This document shows, in pieces, positions 39,192-48,468 of a DNA stretch of 64,000 bases; the first letter of the stretch is position 1; every line of letters starts with the position of its first letter. A program made the position numbers and the translations under genes. The notes beneath the pieces were generated by a model. It worked only from the letters and a program-made list of their open reading frames with translations, was not told the origin of the DNA and made no database searches. The stretch lies in the IMG/VR virus record IMGVR_UViG_3300025912_000012, positions 71,080 to 135,079 of that record; one strand, written 5' to 3'. Source of the stretch: a virus. Its lineage: Duplodnaviria > Caudoviricetes.

Positions 39192-39422
39192 CTAGCTTGT
39201 CGTGATAGTGACAACCGCAGTCCACGGGGAAGCAGTCGCGAACACCGGGTCAGACAGCGCCTGGGTTACCGCTGCCATGATTGCCTGCGGACTGGGGGCA
39301 CCAGCAGGATTCTGGGTGATAGCAGCAGCGACGCTCAGAGTTTTGACAGCCACGGGAATCTCCTCGGGAGGGTCGGGAAGTGCTTCATAGTTGGGACGCC
39401 AAGCCAGGAAAGGCATTTTCAC
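39192..39422 (-). CDS. hypothetical protein
   Basis: In operon order between portal and HiPIP-like ORF. Confidence 0.45.
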   Translation of the reverse strand: MKMPFLAWRPNYEALPDPPEEIPVAVKTLSVAAAITQNPAGAPSPQAIMAAVTQALSDPVFATASPWTAVVTITTS

Positions 39423-39425
39423 AGT

Positions 39426-42400
39426 TTAGCGATTCCCGGGATCACTGCCCTGGTGTATCTGAGATGAATGCGTCTCAAGTGCCTGCTGCATCCATCGTTC
39501 GGGCACGGTGCCAACATACGCAAGTACCGGCTTGTTCAGCTTGAAATGCCGTGCCATTGCCCTGTGATGTCCGTCAATCACGATCGCACGACCGTCAGGA
39601 TGATCGGCTCGCTGGACTAGAATGGACGGATCAGTGTGTGCCCCGCCTTTAGCGATCTCTTTCGCGAACCTGGCAACAGCCTCAGGCTGATGTGATGCCG
39701 CCCAGGAATCAATATCGTCATCATCCACTCTCTCCCAGGGGACGTTGACTGGACCGATCCAGGTGCTGTGCTTCACCCATTCGAGAGCTTTATCGGGGAA
39801 ATTCCCTTCTAGCTGGGCGTATACATGACGCCACTCAACCGGGTTAGGATCGCCTATGTCAGCCGCCCCTTTTGGGAGGGTAAGCATTGTCCTGTTGTTG
39901 CGGCGAGCCTGCTTGAGGAGATTTTCCTGGATTTTCCTGGTCAGCTGCTCGATCTGCTTCGCGGACAGTTTCACGCCCGAAAGATCGTGAACAACATCGC
40001 TTTCCCTGTCAGGGTCCCACTGCTCAACAGTATCCGCAGGGTTGAACACCTCAGGAGGCTCTGAATGCGGAGACATGGGACGCGGGGTTCTCGCGGGAAC
40101 TGACCCTACTACAGGATGTACGCCTTTCCCGCTCGGGGGAACTCCTGTGTTCGCAGATATATTCTGAATCCCGGTGGAGTTAACTTCCTGCTCCTCTGGA
40201 TCTTCCACCACCGGGAAACCGCCAGCAGGAGTCTTACGTCTCCTCGCGGGGGGCTTTTCCCGTTCCTCCGGGAACTCGTCCTCGTGACCACGCGGATACA
40301 CCCTGGTCTGCGGGGGAGCGTCCATCCTGTTCGCCTCGAAATGAGGAGGATTACCTCCCGGGGTTGCCCCTGGATAGCCGCCAGGACCCGCATCCCCGAA
40401 CTCCTCACCGTTAGCGTGGTGAGGATATACCCAGCGCGAACCCATCCCGGCTCCGTGCCTGTCAGGGTCGTCTAGGACCATCCATTCGCCGTTTTCGTTG
40501 ACGAGATTCTGCGGAGATTTCATGTCCCCTAGCTGGTCACGCAGGTGGATTTCTTTCACCCAGTCGTCGCGGAACTTCCCGACAAGATCAAGATCTTCGA
40601 TCTCGCCCCTGCGGAACCACGCGGTGGAAAGAGTTTCCTCCGGGGTGCTCCCGTTCATCAGCGGCTTGAACATGTTCGTCTCGCACAAGTACAGGTATGC
40701 AGTCTTTCCGTCCGGGTCCTGGTGGGTGAAATCACGGATCACAGTGAGCGCGGGGAGAGCCCCGATTTCCTCTTCCGTCTCCCGGTAAGCAGCACTCCAC
40801 CCGGGTTCGTCAATATGAGTGGTGCCCCCGGGCATTCCCCAGGAACCATCAGGACGCTGCTGGAGAAGATACCGCCATTTTCCCTTCTCATCCTTTGCCC
40901 GGATGAGCAGCCACGCGGTACGGGTACTGTCTTCTACGTTAGAGTCCGACTTTCCCAGGTGAGACTGAGGAGGGACGATATTCATCCCAGCGGGGAGCGG
41001 GACGCACCTGCACTGTACGTGACAGGGACCCCCTAGACCCCCGCTGGAAAACGGGGCGTCCAGGGGGATCGGTCCCTCGTTCGCTACCTTCCTGCAGATC
41101 TTGCAGGCGTCATCAGGGGCAATCCCCAGGTGCTTGTGCGTTACCCCATTATCGCGGTAGCACTGGATAACCCCTGCGTTCAGGGCGCGGGCAATCTCGG
41201 TCCTCGCGATGACCTCACTGCGGGAGTTCGCGTTTTTCAGTCCTGTGCGGGCAACCTGGTCCAGCCAGTGAGCACCCTCGGTGTCGAGGAACGCCTGGAG
41301 ATTATCAGTAGTCCCCAGGATTCCCGCGTCTTTCCCTAGAAGCTGATTCGCGGAGCTGTATCCGAGATTCCATGCTTTCTCCCAGAGCGGGGTCATCACC
41401 TCAGTGAGAACCTCCCGGACTTTCTCCGAGATCAGGTCGTACATCACCCGGTTGGGGATCATTAGCTTCCCCACCGCGACCTGCTGGCGGATTTCTGAAC
41501 CCGCCTCTTCTGCTTTCGCGAAACCCTGGGCGATCTCCTGCTTGTATCTCCCGATGAGACCTAGGTCATGCTCCCATCCTGGAAAGGGGGCATCAGACTT
41601 CTCCAGGTTCCATCCCACCGGGTACTTCCACCAGGTAGGGTCGAGAGCATTTACCGTGTTCTCGTCAACAGGAACAGGAGCGATAGGGATTTCGGGAGCA
41701 AACTTCTCGGTCATGTCGAGAGCGCGGTCTATCGCGGTGTCCAGCATGACGCCTTTCGCGATATCCTCCGCGATCATCCCGAGAATGCGGTTCGTGATAT
41801 GCACTGGCTCCCAGGAAGTAATCTCCCTGCCCTTGCGGAGGTGTCGTTTCAGGGATTCCAGCTCGCTGGCAGCAGCTTTCTTGCGGCTCCCTGCCGTGCT
41901 TGTCCTGTTAGTGGTCCCGCCTGTCCTTGGAGTGGGAGACTGGACGGCACCCTGGGCAGCCTGGTGCTGCGGAGTGCCGACGCCTTCGCGATGAGGAGAC
42001 AACGGGGCTGGGTGGCTGCCATTCGGCTTGGTTCCCCCGCCTTTACGCGGCTTTGGCTTCTTCTTGACTGCTTTCTGACCGCCGTTAGTACCCTGACCGC
42101 CAGCAGCACCGCCCTGTGCTGCCATCATGATCAGTTCGGCTGCCATCTTGAAAGGCACGGGACCCTGCGCGGTAAAGACAACAGGCTCCCCGGTTTCGTC
42201 AAGTCCCCACGGGGGAAGATCGAGACGCTCGCGGACCTCATCAATGCTCGCGATGCCATTCTGGACCTGCTGTACGCCTAGTTCAGTGATAGCCTGCTTG
42301 TCTTCGTCGTTGACAAGCCCCTCGAACTGGAACTGCATGTCATGCTGCTGGCAGATGTCCTGAATAGCGTAATTGAAAATATTGCAGATGAACTTGAGGA

Positions 42401-43670
42401 GAGGCTTCGCGGATTTCCGGGACTGGATACTCCGTGATTCCTGTCCTGCCATCCTGATACCGGAAGCAGAAGGTCCCGTTGGGGTTGCCCCGACGTTCGG
42501 GATGATCCCCAGCTCCTCAGGCTGCACATCCGCTGCCATGCATACCTGGTTCATGACCAGGAAGTCAAAGCTGTCAGAAAGGTCAACGGGGCGCTGCGGC
42601 TCAACCTTGCTCCCTGGAGGGAGAACGACTACTTTCAGGTGATACGCGGGGTCTCCTGCGATAGCGTTCAGCGCGTTCTGAAGCTCCCCGATCTGCGTGG
42701 GAGTGATGTTCGTATCGCCAGGCGAAATGTAAACCGCTGGAACTGTGCCTTCAGTGAAGTAGTTAAGCTGGAATTCCTGCTTCTGCAACCCGGAGATAAT
42801 CGGGAGGAGCGCCCTCTCGATGAACGGGAATCCGTACGGAGTCTCCCTTCTGCTCACCAGGGGCGCGTACAGCATGATATCGGAGGAGAATTCGTTGACT
42901 TCAGCCCCGGCAAGCCCCGCGTCATCGATATCCCTGCCAGTAGCCATCGTCATATAGTCACTACGGGGAACCCCGTAGAGATATTGCTGGTACGCGGGGG
43001 CTGGAGGGCGGGGTCTCCCGCCATGCAGGTCGAGAAGGGGTCGGATTGTCGGTCCGGAGACGAGATTCAGGGAGTCCAGGTCACTCCCGAGGAGCCCTCT
43101 CCCTCCCATTCCGATGGAAGCTCCGTATTTCGGGCGGTAAATGACCGCGAGCGCGTCATAAACGAAGATTTCCTCAAGCAGCGCGTCCAGGAACGAGGAA
43201 AATGACCAGTAATCAGGGTCCGGGCGCTTGAAAAACCTGGTAACCTCTGCTTTCCGCTCCCCGAAGTCCCGCATAGCCTTACGATCACCCTGGTAAGCCT
43301 TCGCGGCGTCCGTGGTCATCGTGATTTCCCAGTTCAGCCCCAGGATTTCGTCTTTCCGCAGCTCAATGCACTGCCGTGCGACAGAATAACGCTCAGAAAG
43401 GGTTTTCAGCTGCTCAAATGAGCATAGTTTCAGCCCTTCAGATCCCGGCTGGGTGGGAAGGTTCCACCCAACGGGGTACTGCCACCATCTGGGGTCCGCG
43501 AAAAGCCCGCCAGGGGGAGGAGTGTCCAGCGGAACAGGCTGGATCGGGGACATCGGGGCGAAAGCGCCATCGGTGAACACGCTGCTCGGGCGAGGCAGGA
43601 ACGGACCATAGGAATCCTGGTACGGATTCGCGTACATGGCGTTCGCCTGGACAGGGGAAATGCGACCCAT
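39426..43670 (-). CDS. portal-MuF-Nudix-ParB-like polyprotein (may start at ATC 43754)
   Basis: Portal motifs (YGFP.IE, YFTEGTVP, IDEVRE..DLPP); MuF (ARTEI..C..C..HVQCRC); Nudix box; IDGHHR. Confidence 0.88.
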   Translation of the reverse strand: MGRISPVQANAMYANPYQDSYGPFLPRPSSVFTDGAFAPMSPIQPVPLDTPPPGGLFADPRWWQYPVGWNLPTQPGSEGLKLCSFEQLKTLSERYSVARQCIELRKDEILGLNWEITMTTDAAKAYQGDRKAMRDFGERKAEVTRFFKRPDPDYWSFSSFLDALLEEIFVYDALAVIYRPKYGASIGMGGRGLLGSDLDSLNLVSGPTIRPLLDLHGGRPRPPAPAYQQYLYGVPRSDYMTMATGRDIDDAGLAGAEVNEFSSDIMLYAPLVSRRETPYGFPFIERALLPIISGLQKQEFQLNYFTEGTVPAVYISPGDTNITPTQIGELQNALNAIAGDPAYHLKVVVLPPGSKVEPQRPVDLSDSFDFLVMNQVCMAADVQPEELGIIPNVGATPTGPSASGIRMAGQESRSIQSRKSAKPLLKFICNIFNYAIQDICQQHDMQFQFEGLVNDEDKQAITELGVQQVQNGIASIDEVRERLDLPPWGLDETGEPVVFTAQGPVPFKMAAELIMMAAQGGAAGGQGTNGGQKAVKKKPKPRKGGGTKPNGSHPAPLSPHREGVGTPQHQAAQGAVQSPTPRTGGTTNRTSTAGSRKKAAASELESLKRHLRKGREITSWEPVHITNRILGMIAEDIAKGVMLDTAIDRALDMTEKFAPEIPIAPVPVDENTVNALDPTWWKYPVGWNLEKSDAPFPGWEHDLGLIGRYKQEIAQGFAKAEEAGSEIRQQVAVGKLMIPNRVMYDLISEKVREVLTEVMTPLWEKAWNLGYSSANQLLGKDAGILGTTDNLQAFLDTEGAHWLDQVARTGLKNANSRSEVIARTEIARALNAGVIQCYRDNGVTHKHLGIAPDDACKICRKVANEGPIPLDAPFSSGGLGGPCHVQCRCVPLPAGMNIVPPQSHLGKSDSNVEDSTRTAWLLIRAKDEKGKWRYLLQQRPDGSWGMPGGTTHIDEPGWSAAYRETEEEIGALPALTVIRDFTHQDPDGKTAYLYLCETNMFKPLMNGSTPEETLSTAWFRRGEIEDLDLVGKFRDDWVKEIHLRDQLGDMKSPQNLVNENGEWMVLDDPDRHGAGMGSRWVYPHHANGEEFGDAGPGGYPGATPGGNPPHFEANRMDAPPQTRVYPRGHEDEFPEEREKPPARRRKTPAGGFPVVEDPEEQEVNSTGIQNISANTGVPPSGKGVHPVVGSVPARTPRPMSPHSEPPEVFNPADTVEQWDPDRESDVVHDLSGVKLSAKQIEQLTRKIQENLLKQARRNNRTMLTLPKGAADIGDPNPVEWRHVYAQLEGNFPDKALEWVKHSTWIGPVNVPWERVDDDDIDSWAASHQPEAVARFAKEIAKGGAHTDPSILVQRADHPDGRAIVIDGHHRAMARHFKLNKPVLAYVGTVPERWMQQALETHSSQIHQGSDPGNR

Positions 43671-43765
43671 GCCGCTCGACTGAGGAGCATACGTGGGGCG
43701 CGCACCCCCGGGGATTGACTTGAGCGCATTAACGATAGCGCCGGTTCTTGCGATGGTAGCCTCGC

Positions 43766-44107
43766 TTACGAAATCTGGAGCTGTCCTGCTGTCTGCACGG
43801 GGATCTCTGGATTGTCCGTGATCTTAAGGTAAATGATATACGTTCCGATTCCCAGCTGAATGGTTCCGCCAGGACCGACCAGGCAGGCAGCGGCATACGG
43901 CTCGATGACATTACTGCTCCTGACCGCCCAGATTGCGGTATTCCAGTCGGAAGGTCCCGGAACTTGGTAAGCGGTCGGCATGAATGCCATCGCCACCGGA
44001 TCGGAAGTCGGATTGAAAGGTTCCCCGTTCAGCAGCAGGGGTTTCACCGGCACGCCAACATACTGCAACGACAGGTGGGATATGGAAATCACGCTATTGT
44101 TAGCCAC
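43766..44107 (-). CDS. small beta-rich structural protein
   Basis: LVGPGG..L..GTY..Y.KITDNPEIPV. Confidence 0.65.
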   Translation of the reverse strand: MANNSVISISHLSLQYVGVPVKPLLLNGEPFNPTSDPVAMAFMPTAYQVPGPSDWNTAIWAVRSSNVIEPYAAACLVGPGGTIQLGIGTYIIYLKITDNPEIPVQTAGQLQIS

Positions 44108-44139
44108 ATTCCGCCTTTATATTGATTTGGATGCCCGCG

Positions 44140-47097
44140 TTATCCTTCTGTGATAAACACGTCTCCTGTTGACCAGTCGGTAAACGGAGCGCCAGTCTCC
44201 CAGAGAACAAAAACATCCCCGGTTGACCAGTTGACGAACGGATTCCCCGCCAGCCAGTTAGTGAATACGTCCCCCGTGGTGAACGTTCCCTGCCGTACCG
44301 GGATATTCTCGACGGGACCGCCAGGATTCCCGTAGGTACGCCCGCGTGGCGCATTCTTCGGGATGATCCCCCGGATGGGATGAACCGCCTGGACGAACCT
44401 CGGACCCCTGGTGGGGTTGTGAACCGGGGCACCCTTATTGAAGTACGTCCGTCCCCTGACCGGAAGGGAGGGGCGTATTCTCGCAGGCGCATTCCTGGGA
44501 ATAAACCTTACAGGCGTCGGGGTGACGGCAACCGGGGTTCCCGGGTTACGGTAAACCCTTCCTCGTACGGGGAGCGGCTGGCGAGCCCGGATTGGCTCAT
44601 TTACCTGGCGGAACACTGGTCCGGAGGTGACCAGAGGTGCCCCGTTATCGGAGTAGACCCGACCCCGCATGGGCAGCGGGATTCTTGCCTGTACCGGGTG
44701 GTTCAGCGGGACGAAACGGGGACCCTGGCTTGGCGGGTTGTTTACCGGGGCACCAGGATTACCGTAGGTACGACCCTTGCTCCAGGTTTGCAGTATCTGC
44801 GACCGGATCGGATCCGTTGCCTGGCGGAACTGCGGACCCGTGGAAGGGTTCCTGACCGGGGCTCCGCTGTTACCTGCGACACGTCCGCGTGGAGGCTGCG
44901 TGATACGGATACGCGCAGGGTCGTGTCTCGGATAGAATACCGGACCGATGACAACCGGGGGCGGATTCTGGACGGGACCGCCCGGGTTGGAGTAAACCCG
45001 ACCTTTACGCGGGAGCGGATCAGCAGACTGTACCGGGAATGTCTTCTGCCGGAATACCGGACCAGCACTCGGGTTGCGTACCGGAGCGCCCGCGTTCCCG
45101 TATGTTCTGCCTCGAATGGGAAGACTCGGGCGGATTCTCGCAGGGTAATTCTTCGGGTAGAAAACTGGTCCTACGACAACCGGAGGCGGGTTCTGAACTG
45201 GACCACCGGGGTTGCTGTAAGTGCGTCCCCTGCGTGGCAGCGAATCAGTCGCCTGGACAGGGAAAGTCTTCTGGCGGAATACAGGACCCGTGCTCGGGTT
45301 CTGTACGGGAGCCCCGTCGTTAGAATATGTCCTGCCGCGAAGCAAAGGCTGCAATGGCAGCTTAGCGTGCAGCGCCTGGACTGCGGGATAGAATACCGGA
45401 CCGGTAGTCTTGATAGTCCCCTGGCTGGAGTTTACCCTGCCTTTGGAGAATGTCTGCGGAATCGGGGCACGGACAGGACGGGGAAGCTGCCGGAACTGCG
45501 GACCTGTAGATGGATTGCGTACCGGCGCTCCGGGGTTGGAGCTGATTCTCCCCTTTGAGAACGTCTGGGGAATCTCACTGCGAACCGGGTCAGTTACCTG
45601 ACGGAACTGGGGACCAGTCGAGGGATTCTGTACGGGAGCGCCAGAATTAGACCCTATGCGTCCTTTGGAGAAAGTCTGCGGGATTCTGCTACGAACTGGT
45701 CCTTCAAGGGGGTAAATCCGAGGACCAACCGCAGGAGGAGTGACGGTTACGGAAGTACCCGGATTGGACGCGACTCGTCCCTTGCGAGGGAGAGGATCAG
45801 CAGCCGCAATCGGGTATTTCTGCGGATAAAATACAGGACCGCGTGAAGGGTTCCTGACTGGAGCGCCAGGGTTCGACCCTATGCGACCAGCGCGGGGTGC
45901 CAGCTGGGGCAGCCTCCCGCGTACGGGACCTTCTAGTGGGTATACAGGAGGTCCGCGATGCGGGTTGATTACCGGGGCACCGAAGCTGCTCCCGATACGA
46001 CCAGCTCTAGGCTGCCAGTTCGGGATGATGAACCGTACCGGGGTTTTCCGCTGGATAAAGACAGGACCCGGAGTGGGATTGCGTACGGGAGCACCGCCGC
46101 ATCCCATTCCCCCACCAGGGCGACCCCCTGATACGGGACCGGAAATGTTCCCTGTCCCTACCGGCAGCTCAGCGAAAACCCCCCCGGACTGTGACTGGAA
46201 CAGGGTGATTTTTGCCCGGACAGCCCAGCGGAACGGGTAGAACGGGGGTCCGACTGTGGGGGTCGGAGGAGGGGCGACAGTGGCGCTGGGAATGAATGTC
46301 GCCATTCCCAGCCCGACACGGACCGGGACGGAGATGTTTCCGACCGGATGGGACCATGCGGAGTTCAGCGTCGGTCCGGACTGGGCAGCGGCAACGACGA
46401 CGATTGCACCCGCCCCGAAGGCAAGCGTGCCAGTACCGCTCCAGGTTGTTACGTCACTTGCAGTCGCACCACTGGTAACGTTTGCAAGGTAAGCGGTTCC
46501 AGTGTGAGCGACGCTGCTAGTCGCCCCATCATTTGCGCCATTCGTCCACGAAGCACTGTAAGTTACTGTCGTGGTACCAGCAGTACGTTCGCGGCAGGCA
46601 ACTGATATGGCAAAATGACCAGCACTGCTGACATTAGCACTCGTGGTGGTCGTAGTGGTCGTGATTGTGGCAGTGCTGGCACCGCTAGATTGAGTACCTG
46701 AAACATCAAGCGGATTCAGTCCTCTTGCACCGGACAGCTCGTAAATAGTGCAAGTCATCGCGAACGTCGTAGTACCGCCCGCGTTCGTCATCGTGAACGT
46801 CGTGTCGCCGTTAGACTCAGTACCGGTGGCTACCTTGTACCAGATGTCAACAAGGTTGGTGCAAGCCGTAGCGCTGCCGACTCCGATATTGGTAACGAAG
46901 TTGGTTGGGAGCAGTCGCGTCCACCCAGCCGAAACAGTGCTTGTCGGGCTTGCAGTAGCCGTACTTCCGACTCGGGAGACAACCGCGACCAGCAGGTTTC
47001 TGGCAGTCGGAGTCTGACCGTACGTGCTGGTAATGGTAGTGCCAGCAGTAACCCGGGTAGCGTTTCCTACGGCCCCGACGAGCGCAATAGCCACCAT
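44140..47097 (-). CDS. Thr-rich beta domain + ~16 Pro/Arg-rich repeats (probable virion protein)
   Basis: GPxF...RGR..SNPGAPV.NP repeats; C-terminal W.TGD.F 9-mers. Confidence 0.8.
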   Translation of the reverse strand: MVAIALVGAVGNATRVTAGTTITSTYGQTPTARNLLVAVVSRVGSTATASPTSTVSAGWTRLLPTNFVTNIGVGSATACTNLVDIWYKVATGTESNGDTTFTMTNAGGTTTFAMTCTIYELSGARGLNPLDVSGTQSSGASTATITTTTTTTSANVSSAGHFAISVACRERTAGTTTVTYSASWTNGANDGATSSVAHTGTAYLANVTSGATASDVTTWSGTGTLAFGAGAIVVVAAAQSGPTLNSAWSHPVGNISVPVRVGLGMATFIPSATVAPPPTPTVGPPFYPFRWAVRAKITLFQSQSGGVFAELPVGTGNISGPVSGGRPGGGMGCGGAPVRNPTPGPVFIQRKTPVRFIIPNWQPRAGRIGSSFGAPVINPHRGPPVYPLEGPVRGRLPQLAPRAGRIGSNPGAPVRNPSRGPVFYPQKYPIAAADPLPRKGRVASNPGTSVTVTPPAVGPRIYPLEGPVRSRIPQTFSKGRIGSNSGAPVQNPSTGPQFRQVTDPVRSEIPQTFSKGRISSNPGAPVRNPSTGPQFRQLPRPVRAPIPQTFSKGRVNSSQGTIKTTGPVFYPAVQALHAKLPLQPLLRGRTYSNDGAPVQNPSTGPVFRQKTFPVQATDSLPRRGRTYSNPGGPVQNPPPVVVGPVFYPKNYPARIRPSLPIRGRTYGNAGAPVRNPSAGPVFRQKTFPVQSADPLPRKGRVYSNPGGPVQNPPPVVIGPVFYPRHDPARIRITQPPRGRVAGNSGAPVRNPSTGPQFRQATDPIRSQILQTWSKGRTYGNPGAPVNNPPSQGPRFVPLNHPVQARIPLPMRGRVYSDNGAPLVTSGPVFRQVNEPIRARQPLPVRGRVYRNPGTPVAVTPTPVRFIPRNAPARIRPSLPVRGRTYFNKGAPVHNPTRGPRFVQAVHPIRGIIPKNAPRGRTYGNPGGPVENIPVRQGTFTTGDVFTNWLAGNPFVNWSTGDVFVLWETGAPFTDWSTGDVFITEG
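44290..46070 (-). repeat. ~16 degenerate coding repeats of 34-39 aa
   Basis: Counted by eye in the translation. Confidence 0.85.
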
Positions 47098-47125
47098 GCG
47101 CTCCTTTCAGTGGACCGCTAACCTT

Positions 47126-47845
47126 TTACCGGGAGTGTCCTGCGTTCCTCCAGCCTGCATTACTGACCAGGGTTACCACTCGCTGCGGCATGTCCAGCTG
47201 ACCTAGCGGAGGACCGGCAGCCACCGGAGGGGTGGATATCAGGGACAGCAGTATCGCTGTCATCGGACCGGAAATATTCGCTGTCCCGGTGACGTTTCCT
47301 GTTGCCCCGCCCGCAGCATTCGTCTTGAACGCATCCCCGAGAACGTCAAGATCAGTCAGGTTGCCGAACCCACCGGGAACAGTCCACACGTTACCACCGG
47401 TAAAGTCGGTACCCGCCCAGTACAGCAGCGTGTTCGCGCTCGTTGAAGCAATCGAGACGTTCAGCGTTGCCACGCTGGTGTTGCTGCTGTTGGTGGAAGG
47501 TGCAGAGAGAGTATTCTCGTACGGGTTACCCGAGGTGGTGCACCCGGAAATCCGGTGAGCGGCGGCAGCATGGAACACGCTCCCCGTCCAGGAAAACGTG
47601 ACCGTCCCGGTTTCCCCTCCGACTGCGCGGTACCAGAAAGTATGCTGCTCCTGGACCGCTGTCGTCTGCGGTGCAGTCGGGATTTCCGCGAACCCGGCAG
47701 GGGGAGTGACCGCGTTCGCGTTCTCCTTGTAAATGGAGACAATAACGATGTCATTCGCGGCAATGCTGGCAGGATAAGTGACCGCCACGCTAGCCGAGGT
47801 GGCACCAGCCGAGGTCGTGCTGGTTTGCAAAACCGGTGCTGCCAT
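47126..47845 (-). CDS. Thr/Ser-rich beta-sandwich virion protein
   Basis: Resembles the N-terminal domain of the 44140 ORF (FWYRAVGGE vs IWYKVATGTE). Confidence 0.65.
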   Translation of the reverse strand: MAAPVLQTSTTSAGATSASVAVTYPASIAANDIVIVSIYKENANAVTPPAGFAEIPTAPQTTAVQEQHTFWYRAVGGETGTVTFSWTGSVFHAAAAHRISGCTTSGNPYENTLSAPSTNSSNTSVATLNVSIASTSANTLLYWAGTDFTGGNVWTVPGGFGNLTDLDVLGDAFKTNAAGGATGNVTGTANISGPMTAILLSLISTPPVAAGPPLGQLDMPQRVVTLVSNAGWRNAGHSR

Positions 47846-47885
47846 AAGATAATCTCCTTAACTATGACAGCACCGGTTCCACTGT

Positions 47886-48407
47886 TTACTCGGAGATAAC
47901 CAGTTCCGCCATCAGGTTAACGGCAGATGTGGTACCCGCAGCACCCAGCTCGTAGGTGAGCGCCAGGGTCCCGTTCGTCTGGTTAAGCTCGAAACCAGGA
48001 GTGAACCACTCGCCCCAGTTAGCACCAGCGGTGCAGGGAATTGTCTGGCTCCAGACAACCGCACCCGGGGTTGCGAATGTCGCGGTCCCGGATCCGTTAG
48101 CCGTGGAGTAAATCCACACGGAGGATGCCGCAGTGGTAGACTGCGAAATGGGACGTGCAGTCGCGGTTCCTGCGAGAATCGCGGTGTTCGTGGACGACAC
48201 CCTGCGCAGACGCCAGGTGATCGTACCGTTAGAAGGGTAAGACGCGCTCGACCCGGAGTAGGTGGAGACACGCACTGCGGAGACATTGAACTCCCCAGCA
48301 CTCCCCCCGTACATCAGGACGTACTCAGTACCCGGGACGCCACCAGTTCCGATGGAGATTCCCGTGGTCTGCTCCGCATCTACGTTGTAGGTTCTGGCAA
48401 CAGCCAC
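47886..48407 (-). CDS. Thr/Ser-rich beta virion protein
   Basis: Composition and context. Confidence 0.6.
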   Translation of the reverse strand: MAVARTYNVDAEQTTGISIGTGGVPGTEYVLMYGGSAGEFNVSAVRVSTYSGSSASYPSNGTITWRLRRVSSTNTAILAGTATARPISQSTTAASSVWIYSTANGSGTATFATPGAVVWSQTIPCTAGANWGEWFTPGFELNQTNGTLALTYELGAAGTTSAVNLMAELVISE

Positions 48408-48468
48408 ACAGCCTCTTTCTTATGCCGAGATAAGTTCCCCGGCACAGCCGGGATTGGTGGTTAAACAA

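Noticed and set aside
44380-45558. 392-aa + strand repeat ORF, or a CRISPR-like array
   Set aside because: Shadow of degenerate coding repeats; no identical DNA repeats with spacers.
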